From Clostridia bacterium (lineage in GTDB: Bacteria > Bacillota > Clostridia > UBA1212 > DUPL01): 64,000 bases of DNA. The stretch covers positions 416,001 to 480,000 of the forward strand of contig JBMNIW010000012.1 of assembly GCA_050951325.1 (NCBI GenBank), in the 5' to 3' direction. This document shows, piece by piece, positions 20,077 to 29,854 of the stretch. The position numbers and the translations under genes are program-made. The first letter of the stretch is position 1; each line of letters starts with the position of its first letter. Under the pieces are notes generated by a model, which was given only the letters and a program-made list of their open reading frames with translations, was not told the DNA's origin and did no database searches.

Positions 20077-21971
20077 TCCTTGAAGAGAAGTTTCTCCAGT
20101 TCTTCTACACTGATAACCGGTGTGTGACATACTTTATTGTGGCAAAGATAATACGTTGTATTAGATTTTTTTGCATCGTAGTTTTTTGTATACGGTGCAA
20201 TTTTTTCTATTGTTTTTGCATTGGCCGGAGTCTTTACAATACAGGTTACATTGTACAAACTATGTTTTGCAAAAAGTCTCCTTATATCCGACATATCGAC
20301 TTCATCGCCAGGCAGAACCACAATCAGCTCCTTGGCAGGATAAAGATTCATCATGCCAGCCATCATGCCAAAAGAATGACCTGAAGGATAATGTTTTGTA
20401 GTCCTTGCGATAAATTGAAGCTGTTTGTACGCCAACTCTTCCCAATAAGGGTCAGCAGTTATTTTAGCAAGCAAGTTTATAATATATGCAGCAACGGAGT
20501 TTCCGGAGGGAAGAGCGCCATCGTACGTTTCTTTAGGACGCAAAAAGAGTGTCTCGTTTTGGTCCGAGTAAAAGTAGAAGCCTCCATCTTTTTCATCATA
20601 AAACTTCTTAACCATGTTTTGTGCATATGTTACTGCCTTAACCAGCCATTCTACTTCAAAAACCGTTTGGTAAAGGGTCAAGTAGGCAAATATGGTGAAT
20701 GCATAATCATCCAAAAAACCATCAACATTCTTTGTTCCTTCCCTGTAGCTTACATACAGATTGCCTTGACCATCAGACAAGTGGTTTTCAATGAAACATG
20801 CAGCATTTCTGGCAAGAATCAAATATTTCGGATTCTGGAGAACGGAATATGCTTTTGCTGAAGCTGCTATCATTAATGCATTCCAGGCGGTAAGGATTTT
20901 GTCATCAAGTGAAAGGCTCGTTCTTTGTTTCCTGTATTCATACAGCTCAGCAAATATTTCATTAAATCTGGCTCCTATGGGATGGACTTGATCAATGAAG
21001 TTTGCATAGTTCGGGTTGTTTATCAAGTTTGGTATGCTTTTTCCTTCAAAGTTTCCTTCTTGTGTTATGTCGAAGTTGGCGTTAAACAGTTTTCCATCTT
21101 CCTCTCCCAGAACCAGAATGGTTTCAGAAGGTGTAAATACATAGTATTTTCCTTCCACACCTTCGCTGTCAGCATCCTGAGCGGAATAGAATCCTCCTTC
21201 AACGCTGACCATTTCCTGGGAAATATATTTAAATGTTTTTACAACTATGTTCTTGAATAACTCGTTTTTTGTTATCTGATATGCTTCAAGGTATGCCATT
21301 ATTAATAGAGCGTTGTCGTATAGCATTTTTTCAAAATGAGGAAGCAGCCATTCATTGTCTGTTGAATATCGTGAGAAACCTCCTGCGATATGATCAAATA
21401 TGCCTCCTTTGTACATTTGTATGAGAGTATTAGCAGCCATTTCAATAGCCTTTTTGTCGTTTTCAAAAACACCATATCTTAAAAGAAATAAAAGATTGTG
21501 TGGCGTTGGGAACTTGGGTGCACTTCCAAAGCCTCCATGTTTTTCGTCATATATGCTCGCAAAGTGGTTTCTAGAGTTGTGAAAATACTCCAGGGTCATT
21601 CCTTCCTTGCCGGATTCCACAGCTTGACTTTCCAAAATTGCATTGATTATTTCATTGCCTACTCTGTGTAAAGATTCCTTGTCTGTTTGCCATTTCTCGG
21701 CAATAGTTGCAAGAATGTCAATAAGTCCGTGTCTTCCGTACTTGGTTCTCTTTGGAAAGTATGTGCCTGCATAGATTGGTGCTTTGTCTGGTGTAAGGAT
21801 TACCGTCAAAGGCCATCCACCTGAACCGGTCAGCATGGTGCATACATTCATATACACCATGTCAATGTCAGGTCTTTCTTCCCTGTCCACTTTAATGGAT
21901 ACAAAATATTTGTTTAATAGGGAAGCAACTTCTTCATCTTCAAAGGATTCTTCCGCCATTACATGGCACCA
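20073..21971 (-). pseudogene. yyaL: 3' part of a YyaL/SSP411 (DUF255 thioredoxin plus alpha-barrel) gene, cut from its 5' end by the integrated element
   Basis: WCHVMAEESFED, KVDREERPDID, GGWPL, GGF.RYSTD, PHFEKMLYDNA; frame open from M at 21959. Confidence 0.9.
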
Positions 21972-21996
21972 GTGGCAAGTCGGCTAATAACAGCAA
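21950..21996. other. Left attachment junction (yyaL 3' arm plus attP arm); crossover dinucleotide at 21970-21971
   Basis: Core CACCAGTG (21967-21974) is shared with 48039-48046; arm 21972-21996 is an inverted repeat (22/25) of 48017-48041. Confidence 0.85.
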
Positions 21997-21998
21997 AA

Positions 21999-22160
21999 CT
22001 ACGAATACCCAATCGAAAGAAAGATTGGCTTCCCTTCTATTTTTGCTTTCTCAAAAGCCTCGTCTCCCCATGGAAACCAAGACACAGGATTGTAAGCATG
22101 TTGTAAGAGATAGGGGCTTTTCTCGTTTATCAATCGATTGGGTTTTCTATTGTTTGCCAT
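21999..22160 (-). pseudogene. yyaL 5' fragment copy 1 (inside the element end), stops at TAG before the att arm
   Basis: [30 protein letters not shown]...IFLSIGYS*; SD GGAGGTGG. Confidence 0.88.
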
Positions 22161-22232
22161 ATTACCACCTCCCTTAAAAATCAAAGTTATTCTTTTATAA
22201 TAATATATCCTAAAATCACAAATTTAAAGGCT

Positions 22233-22261
22233 AAAGGCTACCGAATTTTACGGTAGCCTTT
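22233..22261. terminator. Intrinsic terminator
   Basis: AAAGGCTACCG-AATTTTA-CGGTAGCCTTT. Confidence 0.7.
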
Positions 22262-22276
22262 GTGCTAGTGAACTCT

Positions 22277-22447
22277 TTACGCAGTTTTTTCAACCTCTGT
22301 AGCACTGTTCAATTTCGTAGTAACGTCTTTTTCGACATTACAAGTGTCCTTTGTAGTTATTGTATTATAAACTACTTGGCTTAAATTGGACAGTGCAAAC
22401 TGTGATGGTTTGTTAAGTTCTTTAACTACAAATTTAATTTTGGCCAT
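22277..22447 (-). CDS. 56-aa hypothetical protein near the att end
   Basis: ATG at 22447 with SD GGAGGTG and its own terminator. Confidence 0.6.
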   Translation of the reverse strand: MAKIKFVVKELNKPSQFALSNLSQVVYNTITTKDTCNVEKDVTTKLNSATEVEKTA

Positions 22448-22535
22448 CCAGTTAGCACCTCCAATTTTCTCTGTATCATTGGTAGTATAACACATAATTT
22501 TTGGAGAGTTCAGAAACATAGCAATCAATTAATAT

Positions 22536-22593
22536 AAGGAGTAACAATAAGAACCTACACCTTTAGTAGTTAGGTTCTTATTGTTTGTCTTTT
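22536..22593. repeat. Hairpin site A upstream of the primase gene
   Basis: 15-bp perfect stem AACAATAAGAACCTA/TAGGTTCTTATTGTT; inverted copy at 24773-24827. Confidence 0.85.
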
Positions 22594-22679
22594 CTATAAA
22601 AAAGTCTATGTCAAAATTTGATTTCAATAACACAGTGATTATAATGCCAAAAAATCGATAATGGAGTCGCTAGCCTAAA

Positions 22680-22750
22680 CGGAAAACACCTTGTTTTAAA
22701 GCGGAAATTTATAAAAATACTACGGAAAATGTTTCAATGTAAGCGAAAAT
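22680..22750 (+). repeat. Four phased CGGAAA-like repeats (iteron or operator-like)
   Basis: CGGAAA at 22680, 22702, 22723 and CGAAAA at 22744 (spacing 22/21/21). Confidence 0.5.
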
Positions 22751-22789
22751 CATAAAGTTTAGTGACTCCTCTCAAAAGGAGGAGTTATT

Positions 22790-24766
22790 ATGAATTCAAA
22801 AATTAACTATGAAAATCGCAAAGCATTGGACATTTCAGATTTTGAATTTTTATCCCTATTTAAAAAAGAGAATGAAAAGGTATATTTCAGGCTTATTCAG
22901 GAAGAAAATCATATAGCGAAAAACTTTGATTGTCTATTAAGCCTAGATAACGATTTAGAATACCCGCTTATGCAAAAGATTTTTCAAAAGTATCAAAATC
23001 AGGGTTTTGGGATTTATTTTGTAGTAAATAGTGGTGGTCAAAAGAAAAAGTCTATTAAACGGATAAATGCACACTTTATTGATATGGACTTTGGAAAGGT
23101 TCCAAAAATTATTAACGGGATATCTCTAAAAGATTCTAAGGGAAAAACTATTTATGAATATAGGAGTAAAGAAGAAATAGAAAAATATAAAATAGATTTT
23201 TTAAAGAGGTTGGAGAATTTTAAACTGAACCCAAATGTTATTGTAGAAACCAAAAATGGTTTCCATGTTTATTGGCTGCTTGACTTTGAGAAGACCCAAA
23301 ATTTATATTCATTTCCTCCACTGCAAGAAAAACTTATTGAGTATTTTGCTGCTTCTGAAGAAAGAAAAGAGCACGCTGATTCCAGCGTAAAGGATATAAG
23401 CAGAGTTTTAAGGCTAATAAACTATAAGCATTTAAAGAATCCCAAAGACCCCTTTACTATAAAGTGTATATATCTAAATACTAATATTAAATACACTCAG
23501 GAAGATATTGCCTCTGCTATAGGATACAATATCATTGAGTTGGTTAGTAATACGGAAATTGTTGAAATGAAATCAGTTGCTGTGAAGACTGAAACCAGCA
23601 ATTCGCCAAAAGAAAATATCGGGATTTCCCCCTCTTCAGTCTTGCAGTATGAAGATTTGATTCCGTTTTTAAAGCAACAGGATTTAATAGACTATCTTGG
23701 CATTGATTCAAAGCCTAATATAAACTTTAAATGCATATTTCATAATGACAATAAGCCCAGTGCTGTAATCAAAAATAATAACGGATACTATAAATATTTT
23801 TGTAATTCGCCTAACTGTACTTGCTATCACGAAGGTAAAGGCTTAGATATTATTGATATTGTTGAAATTAAAGAGAACTGTGATACTTCAACGGCTATTA
23901 AGAAATTGATTGAAGATTTTCATATTAAATTGGAAGATTCAACTTGGATAAATGAACAGAGTAAAAAATTCGAAAACAATATCAAACTTTTAGAGCAACT
24001 TACCCAAAAGGAAGATGAGTTTCCAAGCCTTAACCGAATCATAAAGTTTGGCTATCCCATACTAATGCACATTTTGGAAATTGGAAAGAATAACATCAGT
24101 AATCGGTTCTTTAGCGTAAGAGGAGAAAGCCTATTTTTCTTCTCTAACCGTTATTTAGCGAAAAAAATGAATAAAAATGTTTGTAACATAAATAAATATA
24201 TTAATTTGTTCTGCACATTAGGGCTTTTGCGCAAAATCCCATACAGAGATGTAAATCAAAATCTAAGAAAAACTGCTCTTCAACTTTCAAAAGAACATTC
24301 TCATAATGGTATATCCTTCTACACCATTCCTGACTATAGTGAGGCTTTTAAAACAGCAAATGAAAGGGCAGAAATAATGCTGGAATACCGCTTTACTATA
24401 AAAGGTATGAGCAAAAAATATATAGAAAATTGCTTTGGAGAAGAGTTTGCTAATCAAATTTATCATGTAGACATAAAGAGTAGTAAGAGAAGCGAGAACA
24501 TCAGAAACGCTATCGAAAAATTTATATTGCATCAAATCAAAATATATGGTTACTGTACTAAAGATATGATTATGACTCATAGATTAGTAGTTGATAACTG
24601 CTATATAAGAAAAGGAGTAAAAGATTATGAGTTTAGGAGAGTCCTCCCTGATATCATGCAAAAATACGACCTCGTATACAGAAAGGCAAATAAGAATATA
24701 AATAAAAAACTTGGGATTGATACAAAGAAATATTTAATTGTTCAGAGGAGCATTCTAGATGATTAG
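22790..24766 (+). CDS. Replication protein: RepB-type AEP primase, CHC2 zinc finger and wHTH-like region
   Basis: FIDMD, VETKNGFHVYWLL, DISRVLRL..Y.H.K; CIFHNDNKPS...C....C. Confidence 0.75.
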   Translation: MNSKINYENRKALDISDFEFLSLFKKENEKVYFRLIQEENHIAKNFDCLLSLDNDLEYPLMQKIFQKYQNQGFGIYFVVNSGGQKKKSIKRINAHFIDMDFGKVPKIINGISLKDSKGKTIYEYRSKEEIEKYKIDFLKRLENFKLNPNVIVETKNGFHVYWLLDFEKTQNLYSFPPLQEKLIEYFAASEERKEHADSSVKDISRVLRLINYKHLKNPKDPFTIKCIYLNTNIKYTQEDIASAIGYNIIELVSNTEIVEMKSVAVKTETSNSPKENIGISPSSVLQYEDLIPFLKQQDLIDYLGIDSKPNINFKCIFHNDNKPSAVIKNNNGYYKYFCNSPNCTCYHEGKGLDIIDIVEIKENCDTSTAIKKLIEDFHIKLEDSTWINEQSKKFENNIKLLEQLTQKEDEFPSLNRIIKFGYPILMHILEIGKNNISNRFFSVRGESLFFFSNRYLAKKMNKNVCNINKYINLFCTLGLLRKIPYRDVNQNLRKTALQLSKEHSHNGISFYTIPDYSEAFKTANERAEIMLEYRFTIKGMSKKYIENCFGEEFANQIYHVDIKSSKRSENIRNAIEKFILHQIKIYGYCTKDMIMTHRLVVDNCYIRKGVKDYEFRRVLPDIMQKYDLVYRKANKNINKKLGIDTKKYLIVQRSILDD

Positions 24767-24772
24767 TTTCAA

Positions 24773-24827
24773 AAAAGGCAAACAATAAGAACCTAACTAC
24801 AGTAGTGGGTTCTTATTGTTACTCCTT
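24773..24827. repeat. Hairpin site B downstream of the primase gene
   Basis: AACAATAAGAACC...GGTTCTTATTGTT; whole site is an inverted copy of 22536-22593. Confidence 0.85.
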
Positions 24828-25075
24828 TTCTATAAATACCTAGACTAATAAAGAAGTTAGCAATCTTTTTATTCTCAAATAATATAATATAAGGCATAAA
24901 TTAAGCAACATTCCGATTGGGAACAAACAATCACAACTATCTACTTCCAATTAATTCATATTTGATTATATTATCTACTTTGTATATTTTTATATTTAAC
25001 ATTTGGATTTGTATATTGCTGATGTTTTTTCTTCTCCCATATTCAAATGAAAGTGTTTAAAAGAACTATAGTAAT

Positions 25076-25699
25076 TTATTCAATATTTGCTTGATTAAGG
25101 TTATTCTCATATTCCTTAACCCTTCTGTAAAATGTATTTCGCTTCATCATACATAATTCCATCGCTTTAACTGCTGTTATCTTTCCTGATTTCCATTGCT
25201 TATATGCTTTTACAAAATTATCGTCTATAATATGTTTTGGTCTTCCGAAGCGAACTCCTTTTGCCTTTGCTACGGCTATTCCCTGGCGTTGTCTTTTCCT
25301 AATATTATCTCTTTCTCTCTCTGCAACAAAACTTAGAACCTGAAGTACCAAATCACTTACAAAATTACCTAATGTGTCCTTATATTGAGTAGTATCTAAT
25401 AGGGGCATGTCTAAAACTTTAATGTCCGCTTTGATTTCCTCTGTTATTTCTCTCCACTCTTTTAGAATTTCTCTGTAATTTCTTCCGAAACGGTCAATTG
25501 CCTCAACTATCAATAAATCGCCCTGGTTTAACACTCTTTTCAATAGTTGATATTCTCTCCTCTCAAAGTCTTTGCCGCTTTCTTTATCCATAAAAATAAA
25601 ACGCTCATCGACCCCATGTTTTTTCATCTCTTCTATTTGCCGTGCCTCATTTTGGTCCTTAGAACTGACCCTTATATACCCATAGATTCTTCTATTCAA
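25076..25699 (-). CDS. Small serine resolvase/invertase
   Basis: YGYIRVSSKDQN..RQ, DRFGR, RQRQGIAVAKAKGVRFGRP, C-terminal HTH. Confidence 0.93.
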   Translation of the reverse strand: MNRRIYGYIRVSSKDQNEARQIEEMKKHGVDERFIFMDKESGKDFERREYQLLKRVLNQGDLLIVEAIDRFGRNYREILKEWREITEEIKADIKVLDMPLLDTTQYKDTLGNFVSDLVLQVLSFVAERERDNIRKRQRQGIAVAKAKGVRFGRPKHIIDDNFVKAYKQWKSGKITAVKAMELCMMKRNTFYRRVKEYENNLNQANIE

Positions 25700-25736
25700 T
25701 TTCTCATCATCCTTTACTAAGGAAATCTAAAGACTA

Positions 25737-25846
25737 TTTCAAAAGGTTGCTGCACTTTTGAAACATATTTCAAAAGTAAAAATTAACTTTTTGAAATGCA
25801 AATTTTGACCTTATTGACCTGTTTCAAAAAGTGTAGTTTTTGAAAC
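25737..25846. other. res site with three resolvase-binding subsites
   Basis: Three TTTCAAAA-N-TTTTGAAA palindromes with spacers of 11, 13 and 8 bp directly upstream of the resolvase. Confidence 0.8.
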
Positions 25847-25972
25847 TATAAGATACTATTTCTTTTAATACATGAACCAAGTAATACAAACATTGAATAT
25901 GTAAAAGATTTAGAGATAAGTGGTAAGTTTGACCTTATCCTCTTATCCCTATACACCCTTATCCCTACTTTT

Positions 25973-26176
25973 CTAACTATGCTGTTTTATTTCCTTCCAT
26001 TCTCTTATATTATCTTTAATAAAAAATGCTGTCACTATAACAAATGGCATTATTGCGAGCCATCTGTATTCGAAGAATAATCTCTGGTAAAAGTAGTAAA
26101 TCAAAAAGAATGTTGTGTATGCTACTATTGTTGGTATTACTATATAAAAAATTATATCTAATCTCTTTCTCATCAA
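25973..26176 (-). CDS. Small two-TM hypothetical protein
   Basis: Two hydrophobic segments; SD AGGGAG. Confidence 0.5.
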   Translation of the reverse strand: MMRKRLDIIFYIVIPTIVAYTTFFLIYYFYQRLFFEYRWLAIMPFVIVTAFFIKDNIREWKEIKQHS

Positions 26177-26432
26177 TAATCAACTCCCTTCTTCATCTAT
26201 ATGGTAGCGCGCACAAAGAAATTTGTCAGGTCCAATTTCTAAAAATGTAATTTATTTGTAATAAAGTTATTAAATTTTGCCGTCTTAAAATACTTCAAAA
26301 TCCTTGATACTTAAACCTTTTTCCCATGCAAACTAAAATACATATATAATTAATAGTGCTCAGGATAGAAGGTTCAAATTGAAATAGAAATAATATGACT
26401 TTAAAAAGCGATAGAATCAAATAGAAATCTCT

Positions 26433-27302
26433 TTATTTTATATTAAATACCATTTTTTCAAGTTCATTTATGGTGCTGATGCATATAGCCTTTCTAATCC
26501 AATCTATTAATATACTTTCATTTTGTTCGTTCATAATTGCATGGCTAATATAGTCAGGTAAAGAATCAAACTTATATAAAAGGATTACTAACAACGAGTC
26601 CCGCAATCCTTCCTTCTTCCCTTCATCTCTAATTCTCAATCCTACTTCCGTATCCATTAAACATTCCTTTACAATGTCTACTACTTCATATTCACCAAAT
26701 CGTGATGCTATTTCAGTTATAACTGTTACATAAGCCACCCGTTCATCTTCATCTCTTATACTCTCTAATAAAAGCATAACTTTTTTAAATGCTTTATTGA
26801 AGGATGTCGAATGCTTCATAAATGGAAAAAATACCAGGTTCAATTTGTCTCTCTCATTAAGTAGTTTACCTAAAGTAATTTTTTGACTTAGTTCCTCATA
26901 TACCTTATCCCCATCAATACCTGATAAATCTACTATTTGAACTTCATAACATATTGAGCCGAAGTTTCTTATTATTTTGCCATCTTGCCTGATTCCAAAA
27001 TTCAGGATTACTGTCCTTACCTTAAATCCATATCTTAAAACTATACTCATGTCATAAGCAAACATTCCCGGGTAGTCAGGTTTTATTTCTTCATTCATAA
27101 TTTCTATGTGAAGCAATGTATCATCCTCAAGTAAAAACATCAGTAATGGTAGTTTATAATTTTCTATCTTTTCTACTTCCACTATTTCTTTAACCTTTTC
27201 TGATTCTAAACCAATCTCCTTGAATGATAGCCCTTGAAATATCCTATTATAACTTTTTTCATTGAAACTCTCTTCCTGAAAGTTTGCTCTCATATCCGTC
27301 AT
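26433..27302 (-). CDS. Rpn/PD-(D/E)XK transposase-like protein (divergent)
   Basis: FLLEDDTLLHIE, VRTVIL, VDLSGIDGD, EGKKEG...LLYKF..LP C-terminal helical domain. Confidence 0.65.
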   Translation of the reverse strand: MTDMRANFQEESFNEKSYNRIFQGLSFKEIGLESEKVKEIVEVEKIENYKLPLLMFLLEDDTLLHIEIMNEEIKPDYPGMFAYDMSIVLRYGFKVRTVILNFGIRQDGKIIRNFGSICYEVQIVDLSGIDGDKVYEELSQKITLGKLLNERDKLNLVFFPFMKHSTSFNKAFKKVMLLLESIRDEDERVAYVTVITEIASRFGEYEVVDIVKECLMDTEVGLRIRDEGKKEGLRDSLLVILLYKFDSLPDYISHAIMNEQNESILIDWIRKAICISTINELEKMVFNIK

Positions 27303-27344
27303 CTCTTATCCTTGCATTTTGCTGCATCAAATTTTCTCAAAATT

Positions 27345-27413
27345 AAAAGCACATTCTCCTTAATTATTGCCAGTATAAACCCGGCTGTGAAAAGAGAATG
27401 TGCTCTCTACCTG
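27345..27413 (-). promoter_or_regulatory. Structured leader RNA copy 1 (attenuator-like)
   Basis: Stem AGCACATTCTC/GAGAATGTGCT with inner stem and U-tract; homologous to 29108-29172. Confidence 0.5.
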
Positions 27414-27577
27414 TTTTTCAAAAATTATTGTAGCGCATATAGATAGAGAAAACAATAAACTCATAAAATTATATTAACTTCTATTTTTTTACTAATGAAA
27501 CTTATGATTCTAAAAATTTGACTTTCAACCTGCATGTGACTATAATGCTTCAAATTTCTGTAAAGGGGTGCTTAGTA

Positions 27578-27871
27578 ATGATAAACCTTGAAGTTTTGAT
27601 ATTGGAACTAAATTACTTGAAACAGGTTATAAAGGCCGTATTAGGGGATAAGGTTTCAGCAGAAATAAATGAAGCAATAACTGCATTGATTATTTCTTTC
27701 CTTTTCCCTAATGCCTATGATTCCTTATCATTTTCTTATATCCAAACAATTGAACAGTATTTAAAACAAACTCAGCAAAAATTAATACCTTATGAATATA
27801 AACAAATGCTTAACAACATCCCTTCAATAAGGAATTTATTAGTGAAAGTAAAACTTGAGATGTCCGTGTAA
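27578..27871 (+). CDS. Hypothetical protein (~97 aa)
   Basis: SD AAGGGGTG before ATG 27578; promoter TTGACT-17-TATAAT at 27518-27546. Confidence 0.6.
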   Translation: MINLEVLILELNYLKQVIKAVLGDKVSAEINEAITALIISFLFPNAYDSLSFSYIQTIEQYLKQTQQKLIPYEYKQMLNNIPSIRNLLVKVKLEMSV

Positions 27872-27957
27872 TGTACTTATAAAATAATACAGGCTTTACA
27901 GGATATACATCCTTATCCCCAAAGCCTTCTTCCTTTATCCTAATTTTCCTTAACCTC

Positions 27958-28224
27958 TCAATCACCTTGTTCCCTTATAAACTGAAATAAGTCTGAATTA
28001 TCCATTTCCCTAAAATCATCGGCTTTTATAATATTTGTTAAAATTATCAAGGTGTTATTTTTATTCATTTTACCGGCTAAAGTAAATCTAAAATCTTTAT
28101 CATAAGCAATTATGAAATCCCGGTCCTTTTCTATTTTAATTACTTCTAGTTGCTTTATAATGTCTTCTTTATTTAATTTGTATTCATCAATAAGTTCATC
28201 ACATTCGATAAAAACCTTATTCAT
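27958..28224 (-). CDS. Hypothetical protein
   Basis: 88-aa ORF with SD AAGGTG. Confidence 0.6.
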   Translation of the reverse strand: MNKVFIECDELIDEYKLNKEDIIKQLEVIKIEKDRDFIIAYDKDFRFTLAGKMNKNNTLIILTNIIKADDFREMDNSDLFQFIREQGD

Positions 28225-28346
28225 ATTTCCATATCACCTTTTTCATATATTACTTTTCATATTATATAAATTTGTTATCTCTAAATCAATTGGAATAAAT
28301 CCTTGTAATCCCCTTGAAATAATACTTTTCCTTATTTCCTTTATCC

Positions 28347-29075
28347 TTAATCTACAATATCAAATATCCCATTTTTACACCTATAAACTTTACCTGAAAT
28401 CCTGTTCGGGTCTTTATCTATCATAATCAATGATTCAATAATTTTTATATATTCAAGACAATATCTAGCCACAATTAAAGTAGTTGACGAGGGGATTGCA
28501 AAAATATAATCCCGTCCTACTTTTTTTAATATCTGTTTTTGTATGGAATCACTAAGTAGGAACGATGCATTGAAATCCGTAGTATATCGCAAACAGTATA
28601 AATTTAGCGCATCATCCAATCGTACCAGTATGTTGGAAAGTTTATTCAGATTTTTCCATGCTGCCTTTTTCATTTTTTCAAAGTCTACATCGTCGCTAAA
28701 TAGTATGAATCTAAAAACTTCTCCGATATCCGAAGCATAAAAAATATCTACATCAGCAAATGCATGTTCTCTATAAAACCCTAAATCCTTTTCCCCTTTC
28801 CCAAAATCCCTGCTCTTAAGCAGCGGAAAAACATTGTTGTAGTCAATCTTAAATTTATATTGACTCAAAATATCATTAATAATTTTAATATATGATGCTA
28901 AAGTTTTCCCATAATCCTTGGTCTCTTGGTATTCCTTATAAATACTACTAACAGGTATAGACACACTGTTTGGGTTAGACTCCACAATAACATACTTTCC
29001 CTGGACCCTTGCTATAGGAAATGTTTTATTTAAATCAAAAATTATCTTCCTTGAAAAATCAGCAATAGTAAGCAT
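28347..29075 (-). CDS. DUF1444/YtpQ-like protein
   Basis: DFNASFLL...G.DYIFAIPS..TLIV pattern; SD AAGGAGGAGG. Confidence 0.55.
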   Translation of the reverse strand: MLTIADFSRKIIFDLNKTFPIARVQGKYVIVESNPNSVSIPVSSIYKEYQETKDYGKTLASYIKIINDILSQYKFKIDYNNVFPLLKSRDFGKGEKDLGFYREHAFADVDIFYASDIGEVFRFILFSDDVDFEKMKKAAWKNLNKLSNILVRLDDALNLYCLRYTTDFNASFLLSDSIQKQILKKVGRDYIFAIPSSTTLIVARYCLEYIKIIESLIMIDKDPNRISGKVYRCKNGIFDIVD

Positions 29076-29107
29076 TACCTACCTCCTTAATAACTCTATT
29101 AAAACAC

Positions 29108-29172
29108 AAAAAGCATACTCTCTTAACTTATTCCAGCATCTACTGGCTGTAAGAGAATATGCTCTCAATCTG
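29108..29172 (-). promoter_or_regulatory. Structured leader RNA copy 2
   Basis: Stem AGCATATTCTCTTA/TAAGAGAGTATGCT (G-U on the minus strand), inner CCAG/CTGG, U-tract. Confidence 0.5.
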
Positions 29173-29246
29173 TATACTTATATTTTACGTTATACTATAG
29201 GCAAGCGCAATCTTTTTGTTTTAAATTTAATACTGTGAATATAAAC

Positions 29247-29825
29247 TTACTCTGTAGGTTCAATTATTTCTAATCTAAAGTTCCAACCTTCGCAGGACAT
29301 CAATATCCTACCGAATTCCTCCAGGCTGTATTCCAGTCCATCTATGATAAATTTGGGCGTTCTGTCATATCTATCATCCCCTTCAATACGCCCTTCTACT
29401 ACATTCCCCTTAATAGAGACAAGTTCTTGTCCTTGAATTATTCCTTTCCTTATAAACTTTTTTGATAACCCTTTCTTTATCTTTTTATAAAGTCTTTCCA
29501 GAGCATCATTTGAATCTTCTTCAAAATCCTGATGTACTTCAAAAGAATAGCCTATTTTATTTTCGCCTATAAACTCTACCGCTTCCCAACAAATACCTGT
29601 TGGGTTTATCATTTTTCCTATTTTAAATCGATGTTCTATTCCATCGCAATCTATAAAAGTAACCTCTTTTTCAAAATCTTTATAGTCTTCAAAACCAAGC
29701 ATATTAGCCGCAAACTCGTTGTAGCAGTCTCTACATATAGATTGGGATGGCTCGTCTTCTTTTATAGTTAAGACTACCATTCCAAAACCGCTTGCCACTC
29801 TTTCACACTTTTGACACCTATTCAT
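29247..29825 (-). CDS. Hypothetical protein with N-terminal zinc ribbon
   Basis: CQKC...CRDC; last gene of the hsd operon. Confidence 0.7.
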   Translation of the reverse strand: MNRCQKCERVASGFGMVVLTIKEDEPSQSICRDCYNEFAANMLGFEDYKDFEKEVTFIDCDGIEHRFKIGKMINPTGICWEAVEFIGENKIGYSFEVHQDFEEDSNDALERLYKKIKKGLSKKFIRKGIIQGQELVSIKGNVVEGRIEGDDRYDRTPKFIIDGLEYSLEEFGRILMSCEGWNFRLEIIEPTE

Positions 29826-29854
29826 GCAAATTCTCTCCTTAAAACCGACTGGAA

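Noticed and set aside
21981-22001. TAG recoding (pyrrolysine or alternative code) giving full-length YyaL
   Set aside because: TAG ends ordinary genes here (e.g. 5483, 7153, 24766), and the 21 nt are explained as the attP arm.
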